A stretch of DNA of 53,991 nucleotides from positions 1 to 53,991 of the forward strand of contig PFCG01000029.1 in NCBI GenBank assembly GCA_002773095.1, read 5' to 3'. How positions within the stretch are numbered: position 1 is the stretch's first letter; each line of letters begins with the position of its first letter. This DNA is from Candidatus Moranbacteria bacterium CG10_big_fil_rev_8_21_14_0_10_35_21 (GTDB lineage: Bacteria; Patescibacteriota; Minisyncoccia; Moranbacterales; UBA2206). The notes under the pieces are model-generated. The model was not told the DNA's origin. It searched no databases and worked only from the letters and a program-made list of their open reading frames with translations. Positions 28,411 to 38,188 of the stretch are shown here, in pieces. A program made the position numbers and the translations under genes.

Positions 28411-28758
28411 TGTCATCCTGAACTTGTTTCAGGATCTCAAAAACATGAAACAATATTGCGTTTACATCAACACAAATAAAAATAATACAACTCTTTATAT
28501 CGGGGTGACTAATAATTTACCAAGGAGAATGTATGAGCATAAAAATAAAATAACTAAGGGTTTTACAGCAAAATATAATGTTAATAAATTAGTATACTTT
28601 GAGCAAACTGAAAATATATTGAGCGCCATTCAAAGGGAAAAACAGCTAAAAAATTGGCATAGGGAATGGAAAATAAATCTTATTAATAGTATTAATCCAA
28701 AATTGGAAGATCTAAATAAATCTTTATTAGAAGATCCTGAAACAAGTTCAGGATGACA
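28411..28758. mobile_element. GIY-YIG cassette bounded by perfect 27-bp inverted repeats
   Basis: TGTCATCCTGAACTTGTTTCAGGATCT (28411-28437) and exact reverse complement (28732-28758). Confidence 0.8.
28445..28756 (+). CDS. small GIY-YIG nuclease (UPF0213-like)
   Basis: YCVYI..TLYIGVTNNL.RRMYEHK..FTAKY..LVYFE..AIQREKQLKNW.REWK; stop codon lies inside the right repeat. Confidence 0.92.
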   Translation: MKQYCVYINTNKNNTTLYIGVTNNLPRRMYEHKNKITKGFTAKYNVNKLVYFEQTENILSAIQREKQLKNWHREWKINLINSINPKLEDLNKSLLEDPETSSG

Positions 28759-28763
28759 TTATT

Positions 28764-29606
28764 ATGAAACATATACCCAAAAAAAATCTTGGTCAAAATT
28801 TTCTCAAAACCAATTCTATCGTGAAAAGGATTATTGAGTCTGCCAATTTAAGCGCGGATGATTTTGTCATTGAAGTTGGGCCCGGGGAAGGAGTTTTGAC
28901 AGAGGAGCTTGCAAAAAAGGCGGGAAAAGTTTTGGCGATTGAAATTGACCATACGCTCATCAAACCGCTTCAAAAAAAATTTGAGAATAAAAAAAATGTT
29001 GAAATAATCAACGCCGACATACTAAAAATAAATCTTCCGGAGCTACTTGGACACGAAATGTCCAAGTATAAAGTAATTGCGAATTTGCCTTACTATATTA
29101 CTTCGCCGATTATCCGACTGTTTTTGGAAACCGAAACTCCGCCTCAAGAAATGATTTTGATGGTGCAAAAAGAAGTGGCGGAAAGGATTGTGGCTTCACC
29201 CAGTGAAATTCCGGCTGAAAGCCGGAGCGCGAAGCGCATTTCACGGGGTAAGCCCGGGCAAATGAGCATCCTGGCTGTTTCGGTGCAATACTATGCCAAA
29301 CCGGAAATTCTTTTTGAAGTGGGCAAAGAAAATTTTGATCCGATTCCGGAAGTGGATAGCGCGGTCATCAAAATTACAAATTCCGAATGCGGAATTCCGA
29401 ATGCGGAAACAAAAAAATTTTTTCGCGTGGTCAAGGCGGGATTTTCCGCGAAAAGAAAAACTTTGATCAATAATTTATCAAGCAGTTTGCATTTGGAAAA
29501 GAAGGCTGTGGAAGAAAAAATAAAAGCCGTCGGTTTGAAGCCGACGGCTAGAGCTCAGGAGCTGAGCGTAGATGATTGGGAAAAAATTACAGTTTTACTT
29601 ATTTGA
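28764..29606 (+). CDS. rsmA: 16S rRNA dimethyltransferase RsmA/KsgA
   Basis: KKNLGQNFL, EVGPGEG.LT, ANLPYYITSP, MVQKEVAER, P.PEVDSA. Confidence 0.96.
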   Translation: MKHIPKKNLGQNFLKTNSIVKRIIESANLSADDFVIEVGPGEGVLTEELAKKAGKVLAIEIDHTLIKPLQKKFENKKNVEIINADILKINLPELLGHEMSKYKVIANLPYYITSPIIRLFLETETPPQEMILMVQKEVAERIVASPSEIPAESRSAKRISRGKPGQMSILAVSVQYYAKPEILFEVGKENFDPIPEVDSAVIKITNSECGIPNAETKKFFRVVKAGFSAKRKTLINNLSSSLHLEKKAVEEKIKAVGLKPTARAQELSVDDWEKITVLLI

Positions 29607-29735
29607 TTCTTCATCTGGTTGCATATCTTCTCCGTAATAATTATTTATTGGAGCATATGTGCATTTGAAGCAACACCCACTCATAAAAGAAATAATTGAA
29701 AAAACTACAACAGCTATCAGTAATACTTTTTTCAT
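29595..29735 (-). CDS. small putative lipoprotein (46 aa; not in the ORF track)
   Basis: MKKVLLIAVVVFSIISFMSG-C lipobox-like signal; GGAGG RBS. Confidence 0.55.
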   Translation of the reverse strand: MKKVLLIAVVVFSIISFMSGCCFKCTYAPINNYYGEDMQPDEESNK

Positions 29736-30036
29736 TCTTCTTCCTCCATTTTATCATTATTGTCTTTTCCAAAACACAGTTCCATCAAATAATTTCGTCT
29801 TTTCCAAATTAAATATATGATAATGATATCCACAGCATATCCTAATGAACCGAAGATCAATAGAATAATAAATGCCGCAAACCCCGCCAATAAAGCTATT
29901 CCATCGCTATAAATCCAACCAACAGAGAGCCCTCTCCGCCTCCATGCCCGCTGTCAGACTGGTTTGCATTAACCACCACATAAAAATAAATGGTAAATCC
30001 GCAAACCAAACAAAAAATTATTTCATATATATCCAT
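29732..30036 (-). pseudogene. possible frameshifted small membrane protein gene
   Basis: GGAGG RBS and ATG at 30036; stops after ~46 codons, but a hydrophobic frame continues after a -1 shift to a TGA overlapping the next ATG. Confidence 0.3.
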
Positions 30037-30166
30037 TTTCAACCTCCAATAATATATTAACTATTTTGCCTTTATATAGCCTTGTTAAAAAACCACTCCG
30101 ATTGACTATTATACACCTAAACAGACATTCTGTCAAGACATCCATAATTCATGCTATTATTACAAT

Positions 30167-30926
30167 ATGATTCCCTATAAATTTGCCTTCCTTATGGGTT
30201 CTTTATACTTTCTTAGTATTTGGCTTTTCCTTTTTTGGAGAGTCCCGCAGCATCGGAAAAATATGATATTTTTTGGCTTGTTACTTGCGGGACCGGCTAT
30301 GATAGGAGAATATTTGTGGTGGACAAAAGATTGGTGGCATCCTCAAACGATAACCGGCACGCGAGTTGGCATTGAAGATTTTATTGCATCCTTCACGCAT
30401 TTAACTATCCCTTCCTTCATTTATAAATATACCTTTGGTAAAACCTCAGATATGATTATGATTAAAAAAGGAATTTGCTAAAAAAATATTGATTAATTTA
30501 TTGAAAATTACTACTTCTTTATTTAGTTTATTTATAATAGGATTTTATATATTTAAATTAAATTCTTTTATAGCAACAGATTTAGCTCTTTTTTATGGAG
30601 GATTATATATTTTGTCTGTCAGAATGGATTTATTTAAAAGTATTTTTTGGACGTCTTTGATTTTTTTCTTAATTGCCCAGTTTATGTTTTTTTTAGGCAA
30701 TATTTTTTCTCCCGGCGTGGTTGAAGCGTTTTGGGATTTTTCAAATTTATCAGGATATAAAATTTTAGGCGCCCCGATTGAAGATTCGCTTTTTTATCTA
30801 TTATTAGGATTCCTCCTAGGAGGAATGTATGAATATTTATTTGATTTTAAAATTAAAGATTCTTCTGGAAATAGCTTAAAAAAAGATTTGGCTCTTGTTT
30901 ATTATTTTATAAAAAAACAATCTTAA
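30167..30926 (+). pseudogene. lycopene-cyclase-domain-like membrane protein split into two ORFs (30167-30481, 30489-30926)
   Basis: Each half has a W...(G/P)IED motif; removing one A from the A6 run at 30464-30469 fuses them in frame. Confidence 0.55.
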
Positions 30927-32538
30927 CCAAGATCAAGCCATAGATAGAAACTATACCGAAAATCGGCCAAAAAATATTTTTGGCTTTTATTTTTTTGCTG
31001 ATTACGGTTAAAAACGCCATTGCGCCAAAAATGATTGCCCACCAAAAAGCGTTCAGTTCATTGAGAATAAACACGCTCGCGACAAAGGAAGCAAAAACCC
31101 CGGAGCCAATAATCAATCGGCCTTTTTCTTCACCAAAAATTACCGGAATGGTATATATTCCATCCATCCGATCACCCTCTATATCTTTGAGATCCTTGAT
31201 GGGCAACGAGAAAGTCAAAACCACCAAAAAAAGAATTGGAATTCGCATTGGCAGAAGTGCTAAATTTGCGTCTCCGGAGGCTAAGCAAAATCCGATAATC
31301 ATAACAATAACGGATGCAACAGCGCTGAAAAAAGTTGCCACTACCGGAAATTTTTTCAAGCGATAGGGAGCGGCTAAATAGGTCCAGGCAATAAACTGAT
31401 AAATGAAAATCATTGCCATAAATTTCACTCCAACCACCAACCCGCCCAAAAGTGAAAGCGCAAAAAAAATAATTCCCATATTCAAATATTCTCTTTCCGA
31501 AAAAATTCCTTTTTGCAGCGGTCTTCCATTATTGGAAATTTGATCAATTTTAAAGTCATATATATCATTCACAACTACCGAAGTGAGCCACGCCAGCCAT
31601 ACTGCGACAATAAGATCCAAAAGGGCAAAAAAAGAAAAGACATTCAGTCTCAGACTTTCAGGATAATACCAAAATCCCATACCCAATCCGACAATCAGAA
31701 GTCCTGCGTGATAACCCAACTGAGGAATTCTTGCATTTTTTGCCATAGCCAAAATTTTTTCCCGGCTTCCAAGAAAAAACAAAACCAAAAATATTAGCAA
31801 TAAAAGAGGATAATAGACTAAATTCAAATGATAGGATAGGGCATATTTCAAATCGGAAAAAACGACTCCGAAAAGATTGCCCGGAGTTCCAATCAGCTGG
31901 ATAGCGTCAAAATCCTGCAATGTTGAGAGTTTTTTGGATTTCTCTATCAAATAATACCCATAAGTGAACCAGGAGGGAAAGCTGCCCATCAAAAATATCG
32001 CTAAATATACAAAAAAAGCGCTGAAAAAAGCCTTGAATAGGCTTTTTGAGAGTAAATATACTACCAAAAAGGAGGCCGAGACTCCGAGAATAAAAGTAAT
32101 TTTGGTGCCAAAATAAACAATCCCCGATGGCAAATTTCCAAATATAGTGTAAAAATAGCCCCACAGAGCCTTAATATCGCCTAAAATATAAAAACTCCAA
32201 TAAACCGACCCTCCGGTTTTCACCATATCTATAATGGGTGGCAAAATAACCATCCAAAGGCCCCAGAAAACCAAATTTTTCAGTTTTTGCGGTTTCAAAT
32301 GCAGAAAAAAGCTTAAGATAAGCCAAACCATCGCTATAGTAAGCGCAAAAAAGAAAAAATTGCTCAAATATTCCACTATTCCTTCCTCGTTAGACAAGGT
32401 CTTGCCCACAAACACTTGTTCCAGAAAGGAACGAAAAACTATCATGCCGGCAAAGCCAAAAAAAATATCCAAAATGCCAATTTCCTTTTCCAAAAATTTT
32501 TGCAACAAATTTTGAGCCTTTTCCAATATCTTTTTCAT
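30907..32538 (-). CDS. UbiA-family prenyltransferase with an extra N-terminal membrane domain
   Basis: NDIYDFKID..N.GRPL and KDLKDIEGD..G..TIP aspartate-rich motifs. Confidence 0.85.
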   Translation of the reverse strand: MKKILEKAQNLLQKFLEKEIGILDIFFGFAGMIVFRSFLEQVFVGKTLSNEEGIVEYLSNFFFFALTIAMVWLILSFFLHLKPQKLKNLVFWGLWMVILPPIIDMVKTGGSVYWSFYILGDIKALWGYFYTIFGNLPSGIVYFGTKITFILGVSASFLVVYLLSKSLFKAFFSAFFVYLAIFLMGSFPSWFTYGYYLIEKSKKLSTLQDFDAIQLIGTPGNLFGVVFSDLKYALSYHLNLVYYPLLLLIFLVLFFLGSREKILAMAKNARIPQLGYHAGLLIVGLGMGFWYYPESLRLNVFSFFALLDLIVAVWLAWLTSVVVNDIYDFKIDQISNNGRPLQKGIFSEREYLNMGIIFFALSLLGGLVVGVKFMAMIFIYQFIAWTYLAAPYRLKKFPVVATFFSAVASVIVMIIGFCLASGDANLALLPMRIPILFLVVLTFSLPIKDLKDIEGDRMDGIYTIPVIFGEEKGRLIIGSGVFASFVASVFILNELNAFWWAIIFGAMAFLTVISKKIKAKNIFWPIFGIVSIYGLILVKIVFL

Positions 32539-32639
32539 AGCTTAAATTTAACAGTCTCCTTCCTTTTAGGCAAATAAAAGTAATCCACATGCATTTCTTT
32601 TGGAAAAAACTTTTTTTGTGGTATAATTTTGTCAAGATA

Positions 32640-33713
32640 ATGAAAGAAAAAAATATAAAATTATCTTTATTGATTTTGCTCGGGCTGATTATCATCAGTT
32701 TTGCATTTTTGTCGGTCGCTCAAGAAAATTCCACCACGCAAAATAATATTTTTTTGGATTCAGACCAGGACGGACTTTCTGATGCGGAAGAAAAAGTCTA
32801 TGGAACCGATGCGCAAAATCCCGACACCGATCGCGACGGATATTCTGATGGCGCAGAAGTGAATGGAGGATACAATCCGCTAATTCCTTCTCCCGGAGAT
32901 AAACTCACTGAAAATATTTCAAAAAAAACAACTCCTGTTGATTCTTCCGCCACAACCACTGCGACAGCTGCGCCTGATGAAGAAAATCTCACCAAAAAAG
33001 TGGCTCAAAAAATCGCCGATCTCAATCTTGAAAATCAGGATGTTTCCATCGCTGAAATTACTTCGTTGGTGCAAGATTCCATTTCCACCACTTTGACTGA
33101 CAATGACCTTCCGGAAATAAATGTCAAAGATATAAAAATAAAAAAACAGAACTATGATAATCTTTCCGCGCAATCTTCCAAGGACAAAAGACAAGAAGAC
33201 TTTTCCAAATATATGGCCGCTGTTTTCTATATTTTTTCCAGCAATTCTCCGGAACCCATCACCTCAACCAAGGACATAACTGCAACTCTTACTTCTACTG
33301 CTGAAAAAATAGTTTTTGCCCTTTCCAGCCGCGATGCATCTTCACTCAATGATTTGCAAGAAAGCGGAAAAAAAATAAAAGATCAGTTAATGGAAGTGGA
33401 AGTGCCGGAAGATCTGGTTGAACTGCACATCAAAGCTTTGCGCTTTGCCAATTATTCCATCTCCTTGAAGGATTATGTAACCGCCAACAGTGCCGATCCT
33501 CTATCTGATATTGCCAATTTATCAAAAATAAACGCCTTCGTAGAATCTCTGATTAATTTTGCCACTGAAGCTGAAAACAAAATCACAGAATATGGTTTTA
33601 AATATGACAAAACTTTTCAAGAGAACGCATCCACTCTTGGACTGCCTGATTTGACACCTCTGTTGACTCCGACTGAGCCATCCACGTCCGAAACAGCAAC
33701 CACCACTCAATAA
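32640..33713 (+). CDS. exported protein with Ca-binding DxDxDG (TSP3-like) repeats
   Basis: Signal/TM segment, then DSDQDGLSDAEE..GTD..NPDTDRDGYSDGAEV; TATAAT at 32622 supports ATG 32640. Confidence 0.75.
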   Translation: MKEKNIKLSLLILLGLIIISFAFLSVAQENSTTQNNIFLDSDQDGLSDAEEKVYGTDAQNPDTDRDGYSDGAEVNGGYNPLIPSPGDKLTENISKKTTPVDSSATTTATAAPDEENLTKKVAQKIADLNLENQDVSIAEITSLVQDSISTTLTDNDLPEINVKDIKIKKQNYDNLSAQSSKDKRQEDFSKYMAAVFYIFSSNSPEPITSTKDITATLTSTAEKIVFALSSRDASSLNDLQESGKKIKDQLMEVEVPEDLVELHIKALRFANYSISLKDYVTANSADPLSDIANLSKINAFVESLINFATEAENKITEYGFKYDKTFQENASTLGLPDLTPLLTPTEPSTSETATTTQ

Positions 33714-33717
33714 AAAT

Positions 33718-34809
33718 ATGTTTTTGAATAGAAACAAAAAATCAAAAAAATATATTTTGAGCAAAAAAGTTTTTTTGTTTTGTTTTATTTTTACGCTTTT
33801 ATTTTCTTTCAACACTCCCAGGACTTCGGCCGCTCTATGGCCGACGATAGATCCAATTATCAGAACTGCGTTGGACAAGGTGTTTAATATGGTTATGGGT
33901 ATGATTATGGGAACCTTAAAAAAAGTAGCTGTTACTTCTCTGAATAAGGAAGTCGGCAATTTAGTTGGAGGAGCTTCTTCTCAAGCCGCTATGTTTATCA
34001 CCGACTATAAGGATTTTTTAGAAGTCAAACCAGAACAAAAAGCTAAAGTTTATATGAATGACTATTTGAGCCAAGTTACCAAAGGAAAGGGTTCTCTTTC
34101 TGGATATATTCCCAATAACAGCTCCTCTGGTTTAGCTTCTGCTAACTACGAAGGAGTGGGTGATGGCTCTTTTGCTTATGGAATAGCTAAGGAAAATCCG
34201 GCTTATGGCAGAATGATTCAAGCCGCTAACGCTAGTGGGATAAGTTTAAGTGCTAGTTCTGGTGGCAATTATATTAATACTTTAGTTCAAGGTGCCAAAA
34301 ATATAACCAGTGAAATAAAAACACCAGAAGTCACTTATCATGGCAATCCATCTCAAATGTTTGTTCAAGGAAATTTTAAAAATATGAGTCTTTATCTTTC
34401 CGGTATTAATAATCCTTTTGCTTTTAATTTAAATGCTGAACAAGAATTTCAAAAAACATTAAGCCAGGAGGTAGAAAAAGCTAAAACTATGGCCACAGCC
34501 GGAGCAGGATTTATAGGCAATGTAGCTAATGGAAAAGTCTTGACACCAGGATCAATTGTCAAGGAGAGCGTGGCTAACGCACAAGATTTAGGCAATAAAA
34601 TTATTGCTGGATCCACTAAACTTCCTGAGGTGCTAACTGCTGTCGTTTCTCAAATAATAACCCAGTCTATCCAACAAGGAATTGGAAACATTCAGGCCAA
34701 TATTAATAAAGAAATTAACGGAGTTCAGGTTCGAGCCCAAGCTGAAACCAATACTCAAGTCGAACAGGTTGGGCCTGCAGCCTTGTATTCGAAATTTAAA
34801 TCAAGATAA
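33718..34809 (+). CDS. exported hypothetical protein in the T4SS-like operon
   Basis: N-terminal signal peptide; helical, Ala/Gln-rich. Confidence 0.7.
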   Translation: MFLNRNKKSKKYILSKKVFLFCFIFTLLFSFNTPRTSAALWPTIDPIIRTALDKVFNMVMGMIMGTLKKVAVTSLNKEVGNLVGGASSQAAMFITDYKDFLEVKPEQKAKVYMNDYLSQVTKGKGSLSGYIPNNSSSGLASANYEGVGDGSFAYGIAKENPAYGRMIQAANASGISLSASSGGNYINTLVQGAKNITSEIKTPEVTYHGNPSQMFVQGNFKNMSLYLSGINNPFAFNLNAEQEFQKTLSQEVEKAKTMATAGAGFIGNVANGKVLTPGSIVKESVANAQDLGNKIIAGSTKLPEVLTAVVSQIITQSIQQGIGNIQANINKEINGVQVRAQAETNTQVEQVGPAALYSKFKSR

Positions 34810-34818
34810 AACAACTCT

Positions 34819-36723
34819 GTGTTGAATCAAAAAATAAAAAATAGAAAGTTTTTATTTCGATTGTTAATTGCTGTTTTGTTGTTCGTTGTTTTTTTTGGAC
34901 CCTTGTATATTTTTGAAACAAAAACTGCAAGGGCAGCTAGTGATGAAGATAATGAACGCTGGAGCAAACTAAGTGTTAAGGATCGGGAATATTGTGAAAA
35001 AGCGGATGCCGCAACAATGAAAGACAAGGATGAAATAGAAAAGTTCATAGGAATTTGCTATGACATTCATATTGCTTATTCAGGCGGTCCAATGCCTGCG
35101 GTTGGAGTAATTCATACAGAATCTGATAACGGTGCTTGTTCTATTGGTCAGTGGGCCTCCTCCAATTGGTTTAAGTGCTCTTTATTGATGATTTTATCTT
35201 TTGAAGGAGTTCTTTTGGCCTTTGCAGCTTCTCTTTTCAGCTGGATAGTAGATGCTCAAAATATAAAACATATTTTGGGCTCCAGTGATGGAACTCTTTA
35301 TGAATTATGGAAGATAGTCAGAGATTTTCTCAATATTTCTTTTATTTTGGTTCTACTTCTTTCGGCTTTTTCCACTATTTTTAGGGTGGAAAAATATAAT
35401 TACAAAAAAATATTAATTACATTAATACTAATGGCTCTTTTGGTTAATTTTAGTTTTTCTATAACCAGAGCTATCATTGATTTTTCTAATCTGCTTATGT
35501 ATACCATTATCGGAAATTTTTTACAGGGAGACTATTCTAACGGAAACTTTTTAGGCACCATTTCTGACGCCTCCGGGCTACAAGCTGTTCTCAACCCTAA
35601 AATTGATGTATCTACTACCTATCTATTTTCATTGATTGTATTTGTTTTTATTTTTGCTATCACTCTTTTGGCTGTCGCAGTTCTTTTGTTAATTAGAATG
35701 ATAGCTTTGGCTATTTTAATTATTTTTTCTCCGCTAGGGTTTATCGGCAAAATATTGCCTGACACCAACAATTATGCCGATAAATGGTGGTCCAGTTTAT
35801 TTCAATATGCTTTTTTTGGCCCCATTATGATGTTCATGTTATATATAACTATCCAAATAACCTCCGCTTTAGGCGGTTCCAAAATAGATATAGCAGCGGT
35901 GGCTAATCAAAACTACACTTCACCCTCGGTTATTGCTAACCTTGTTTATTTCTCCATTCCAATTGTTTTGCTTTGGATGGGTATGGGAGTGGCTAATTCA
36001 ATGAGTATTGCCGGTGCCGGCGCCGTAATGGATCGAGCTAAAAAAGCTATATCTAGCACTGGTAAAGGAGCTGCTAAACTGCCTTGGCGAGGCATCAAGG
36101 CAACTGGTATTCCTGGTGGAATAAAACAAGCTTGGAGCAAACGAGTAACATTACCTCTTGATAGAGCTCGCCAACAGAGAGAATCTTTTGTGGCTGGACA
36201 TCTTGGAGACAAGAGCGCTGCAGAAAGAACTATGATGACTCGAGCCTCTCAATATGGAAAAGATGGTGAAACAGAGGAGGATTTGAAAAAATGGGCAACT
36301 AATGGCGATGCAGCCGCTGCTCTTGCTTTAGCGAATCAGAAAAAAATGGATCCTAAAACCTTTGCTAAATCAATGAGTAACATAAAAGATGTAAAAAGTC
36401 GAGAGGTTATTTTGAAGAAAGTGAGCGAAACAAGAATGGATATTACACTTGACTATAAGTTAGCTATGGATGATGCAAAGGCCACGAATGATCCAACTAA
36501 GAAGGGTTGGGCAAATAAAGATGCTGTAGCTAAAGATGAATATGGACAGTTAACTGCTGAAGAATGGTCTAAACAAGAAAAATTAAATGAACAATTTGCA
36601 TCACCTGTTGTTGAAAAAGCAGCTAAAAAGGCTTTTGGAGATCTTCACGATGTTGCTAAAACAGAAGCCCTTAAAAGGATGAATGGGGCAAATTCAAAAG
36701 CAATCACAACCCAAACCCCATAA
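34819..36723 (+). CDS. VirB6/TrbL-like polytopic membrane protein
   Basis: WKIVRDFLN, ALLVNFS..ITRAIID.SN, R...L.ILIIFSPL, KWW..L.QYAF; soluble C-terminal tail. Confidence 0.75.
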   Translation: MLNQKIKNRKFLFRLLIAVLLFVVFFGPLYIFETKTARAASDEDNERWSKLSVKDREYCEKADAATMKDKDEIEKFIGICYDIHIAYSGGPMPAVGVIHTESDNGACSIGQWASSNWFKCSLLMILSFEGVLLAFAASLFSWIVDAQNIKHILGSSDGTLYELWKIVRDFLNISFILVLLLSAFSTIFRVEKYNYKKILITLILMALLVNFSFSITRAIIDFSNLLMYTIIGNFLQGDYSNGNFLGTISDASGLQAVLNPKIDVSTTYLFSLIVFVFIFAITLLAVAVLLLIRMIALAILIIFSPLGFIGKILPDTNNYADKWWSSLFQYAFFGPIMMFMLYITIQITSALGGSKIDIAAVANQNYTSPSVIANLVYFSIPIVLLWMGMGVANSMSIAGAGAVMDRAKKAISSTGKGAAKLPWRGIKATGIPGGIKQAWSKRVTLPLDRARQQRESFVAGHLGDKSAAERTMMTRASQYGKDGETEEDLKKWATNGDAAAALALANQKKMDPKTFAKSMSNIKDVKSREVILKKVSETRMDITLDYKLAMDDAKATNDPTKKGWANKDAVAKDEYGQLTAEEWSKQEKLNEQFASPVVEKAAKKAFGDLHDVAKTEALKRMNGANSKAITTQTP

Positions 36724-36736
36724 TACAATTAATTTT

Positions 36737-37711
36737 ATGAAAGAAAAAAGATTTGCATCATATAGTGAAGAGTTTCAATTAATGGCCAATACATTGCCAA
36801 TGCTGGTTTCAGTTACGAAAAATCCAACCGATGAAACTGATGATCAGTTTATTTCAACCCATGACCGTTTCATCGCTTTAGATGATATTTCCAAAGATAA
36901 AATGGTTGCTCCAAAAACAGCCACTATTATTCAAGCCATAGGAAAAACTTACAACCTAAACTTGATTCAGATGTCTGATATTGCTCGTGCAATAAGAAAT
37001 TTCTATTTTGGTGAGCTAACCATAGAGAATTTACCATCAATTTTAGCTAAAGAATTTCCCATTGAACTAGAAAAGGCTAACGAAATTTCAAAAGCAATAA
37101 TTGAAAAAATAATCAATGATGATTCTCAGGAACAAGCCTATCAAGCTAGTTTGGAAAATATTATATTGCCTACAGCTTTGAAGCATTACCCTGGATTAGG
37201 TGAACAATTGATTACTTCAGAGAAAATAACTCTTAAAAGTTTTCCAGAACCCGTGCGTCCTTCCATTAAAAACTGGTTAGCCGATTATACTTTTACTTTA
37301 GGCTATAATTCGCACAGCTCTATTGAAAGAGGCAATTATATTTTCCAAAATCAAAATACAAAAAATCTTTCTTCCCAAGATCGTCAAAAATTATCTTATA
37401 TTCTCAAAGCCTACGATGAAGGTTCGCAGATTACCATAGATAAAAATTCCAAAACAGTAGTTTTTGAAAAAACGCCTAGCGTCAGAGAACAATTTTTACA
37501 GAAAAATAACCGAAATAATCCAACCAGCGAACCGATTCAAAAAATTGAAAGACCGGTTCAAAAAATTAGTTTCTCATCTCCTCAAAGAATGTCCTATGAA
37601 AAACCTCGCTCTCAGAATTACCGTCAGCCGACCCCCTTACCTAAAACCGAAACTCCTTCTATTAAAAGACCAGCTGGAAAAAATATTATAAATCTGCGAG
37701 ATGATTTTTAA
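36737..37711 (+). CDS. hypothetical cytoplasmic protein in the T4SS-like operon
   Basis: Long ORF between the VirB6-like gene and prgI. Confidence 0.7.
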   Translation: MKEKRFASYSEEFQLMANTLPMLVSVTKNPTDETDDQFISTHDRFIALDDISKDKMVAPKTATIIQAIGKTYNLNLIQMSDIARAIRNFYFGELTIENLPSILAKEFPIELEKANEISKAIIEKIINDDSQEQAYQASLENIILPTALKHYPGLGEQLITSEKITLKSFPEPVRPSIKNWLADYTFTLGYNSHSSIERGNYIFQNQNTKNLSSQDRQKLSYILKAYDEGSQITIDKNSKTVVFEKTPSVREQFLQKNNRNNPTSEPIQKIERPVQKISFSSPQRMSYEKPRSQNYRQPTPLPKTETPSIKRPAGKNIINLRDDF

Positions 37712-37730
37712 ATCAAATATTACTAATGAC

Positions 37731-37758
37731 TAGAAATTAGTAATTAGAAATTAGTAAT
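37731..37758. repeat. heptamer tandem repeat (TAG[A/T]AAT)x4
   Basis: tagaaat tagtaat tagaaat tagtaat. Confidence 0.6.
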
Positions 37759-37766
37759 TTTAGCTT

Positions 37767-38168
37767 ATGCTATTTAATATCCCTCAATTTATTGATAAAG
37801 AAGATAAAATAGTTGGCCCCTTAACCGCCAAACAGCTTGGTTGGATGTTTGGAGGAGGAACCACACTATTAGTTCTCTGGAATATTCTAGATATGTCTGC
37901 TTTTATTGTCGCTTCCGTTTTTGTGGCAGCTATTTTTGGAGCTTTAGCTTTTTACCGTCCCAACGGACAACCCTTGATTGCTTTTATTTTCTCCGCTATG
38001 CGTTTTCTTTTCCGCCCCAAGATGTATCTCTGGAAAAGAATTCCGGAAACTGCTAAAATGAAAAGAACTGTGAAGAAAGATCGAGGGAAAAAAATTGAAA
38101 AATCATTCAGTGAAAAAAATGCCCAAGAAATTTCCAAAATATTGGATACTCAAGGAAGGCACAATTAA
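37767..38168 (+). CDS. PrgI family protein (VirB3-like)
   Basis: F.IPQFID.EDKIVGPLT.KQ, two TM helices, P....W. Confidence 0.85.
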   Translation: MLFNIPQFIDKEDKIVGPLTAKQLGWMFGGGTTLLVLWNILDMSAFIVASVFVAAIFGALAFYRPNGQPLIAFIFSAMRFLFRPKMYLWKRIPETAKMKRTVKKDRGKKIEKSFSEKNAQEISKILDTQGRHN

Positions 38169-38188
38169 TTTCTTCAAACCAGCATTTT

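Noticed and set aside
29872-30060. 62-aa plus-strand ORF
   Set aside because: The opposite strand has RBS-supported, membrane-protein-like frames; this ORF has no supporting features.
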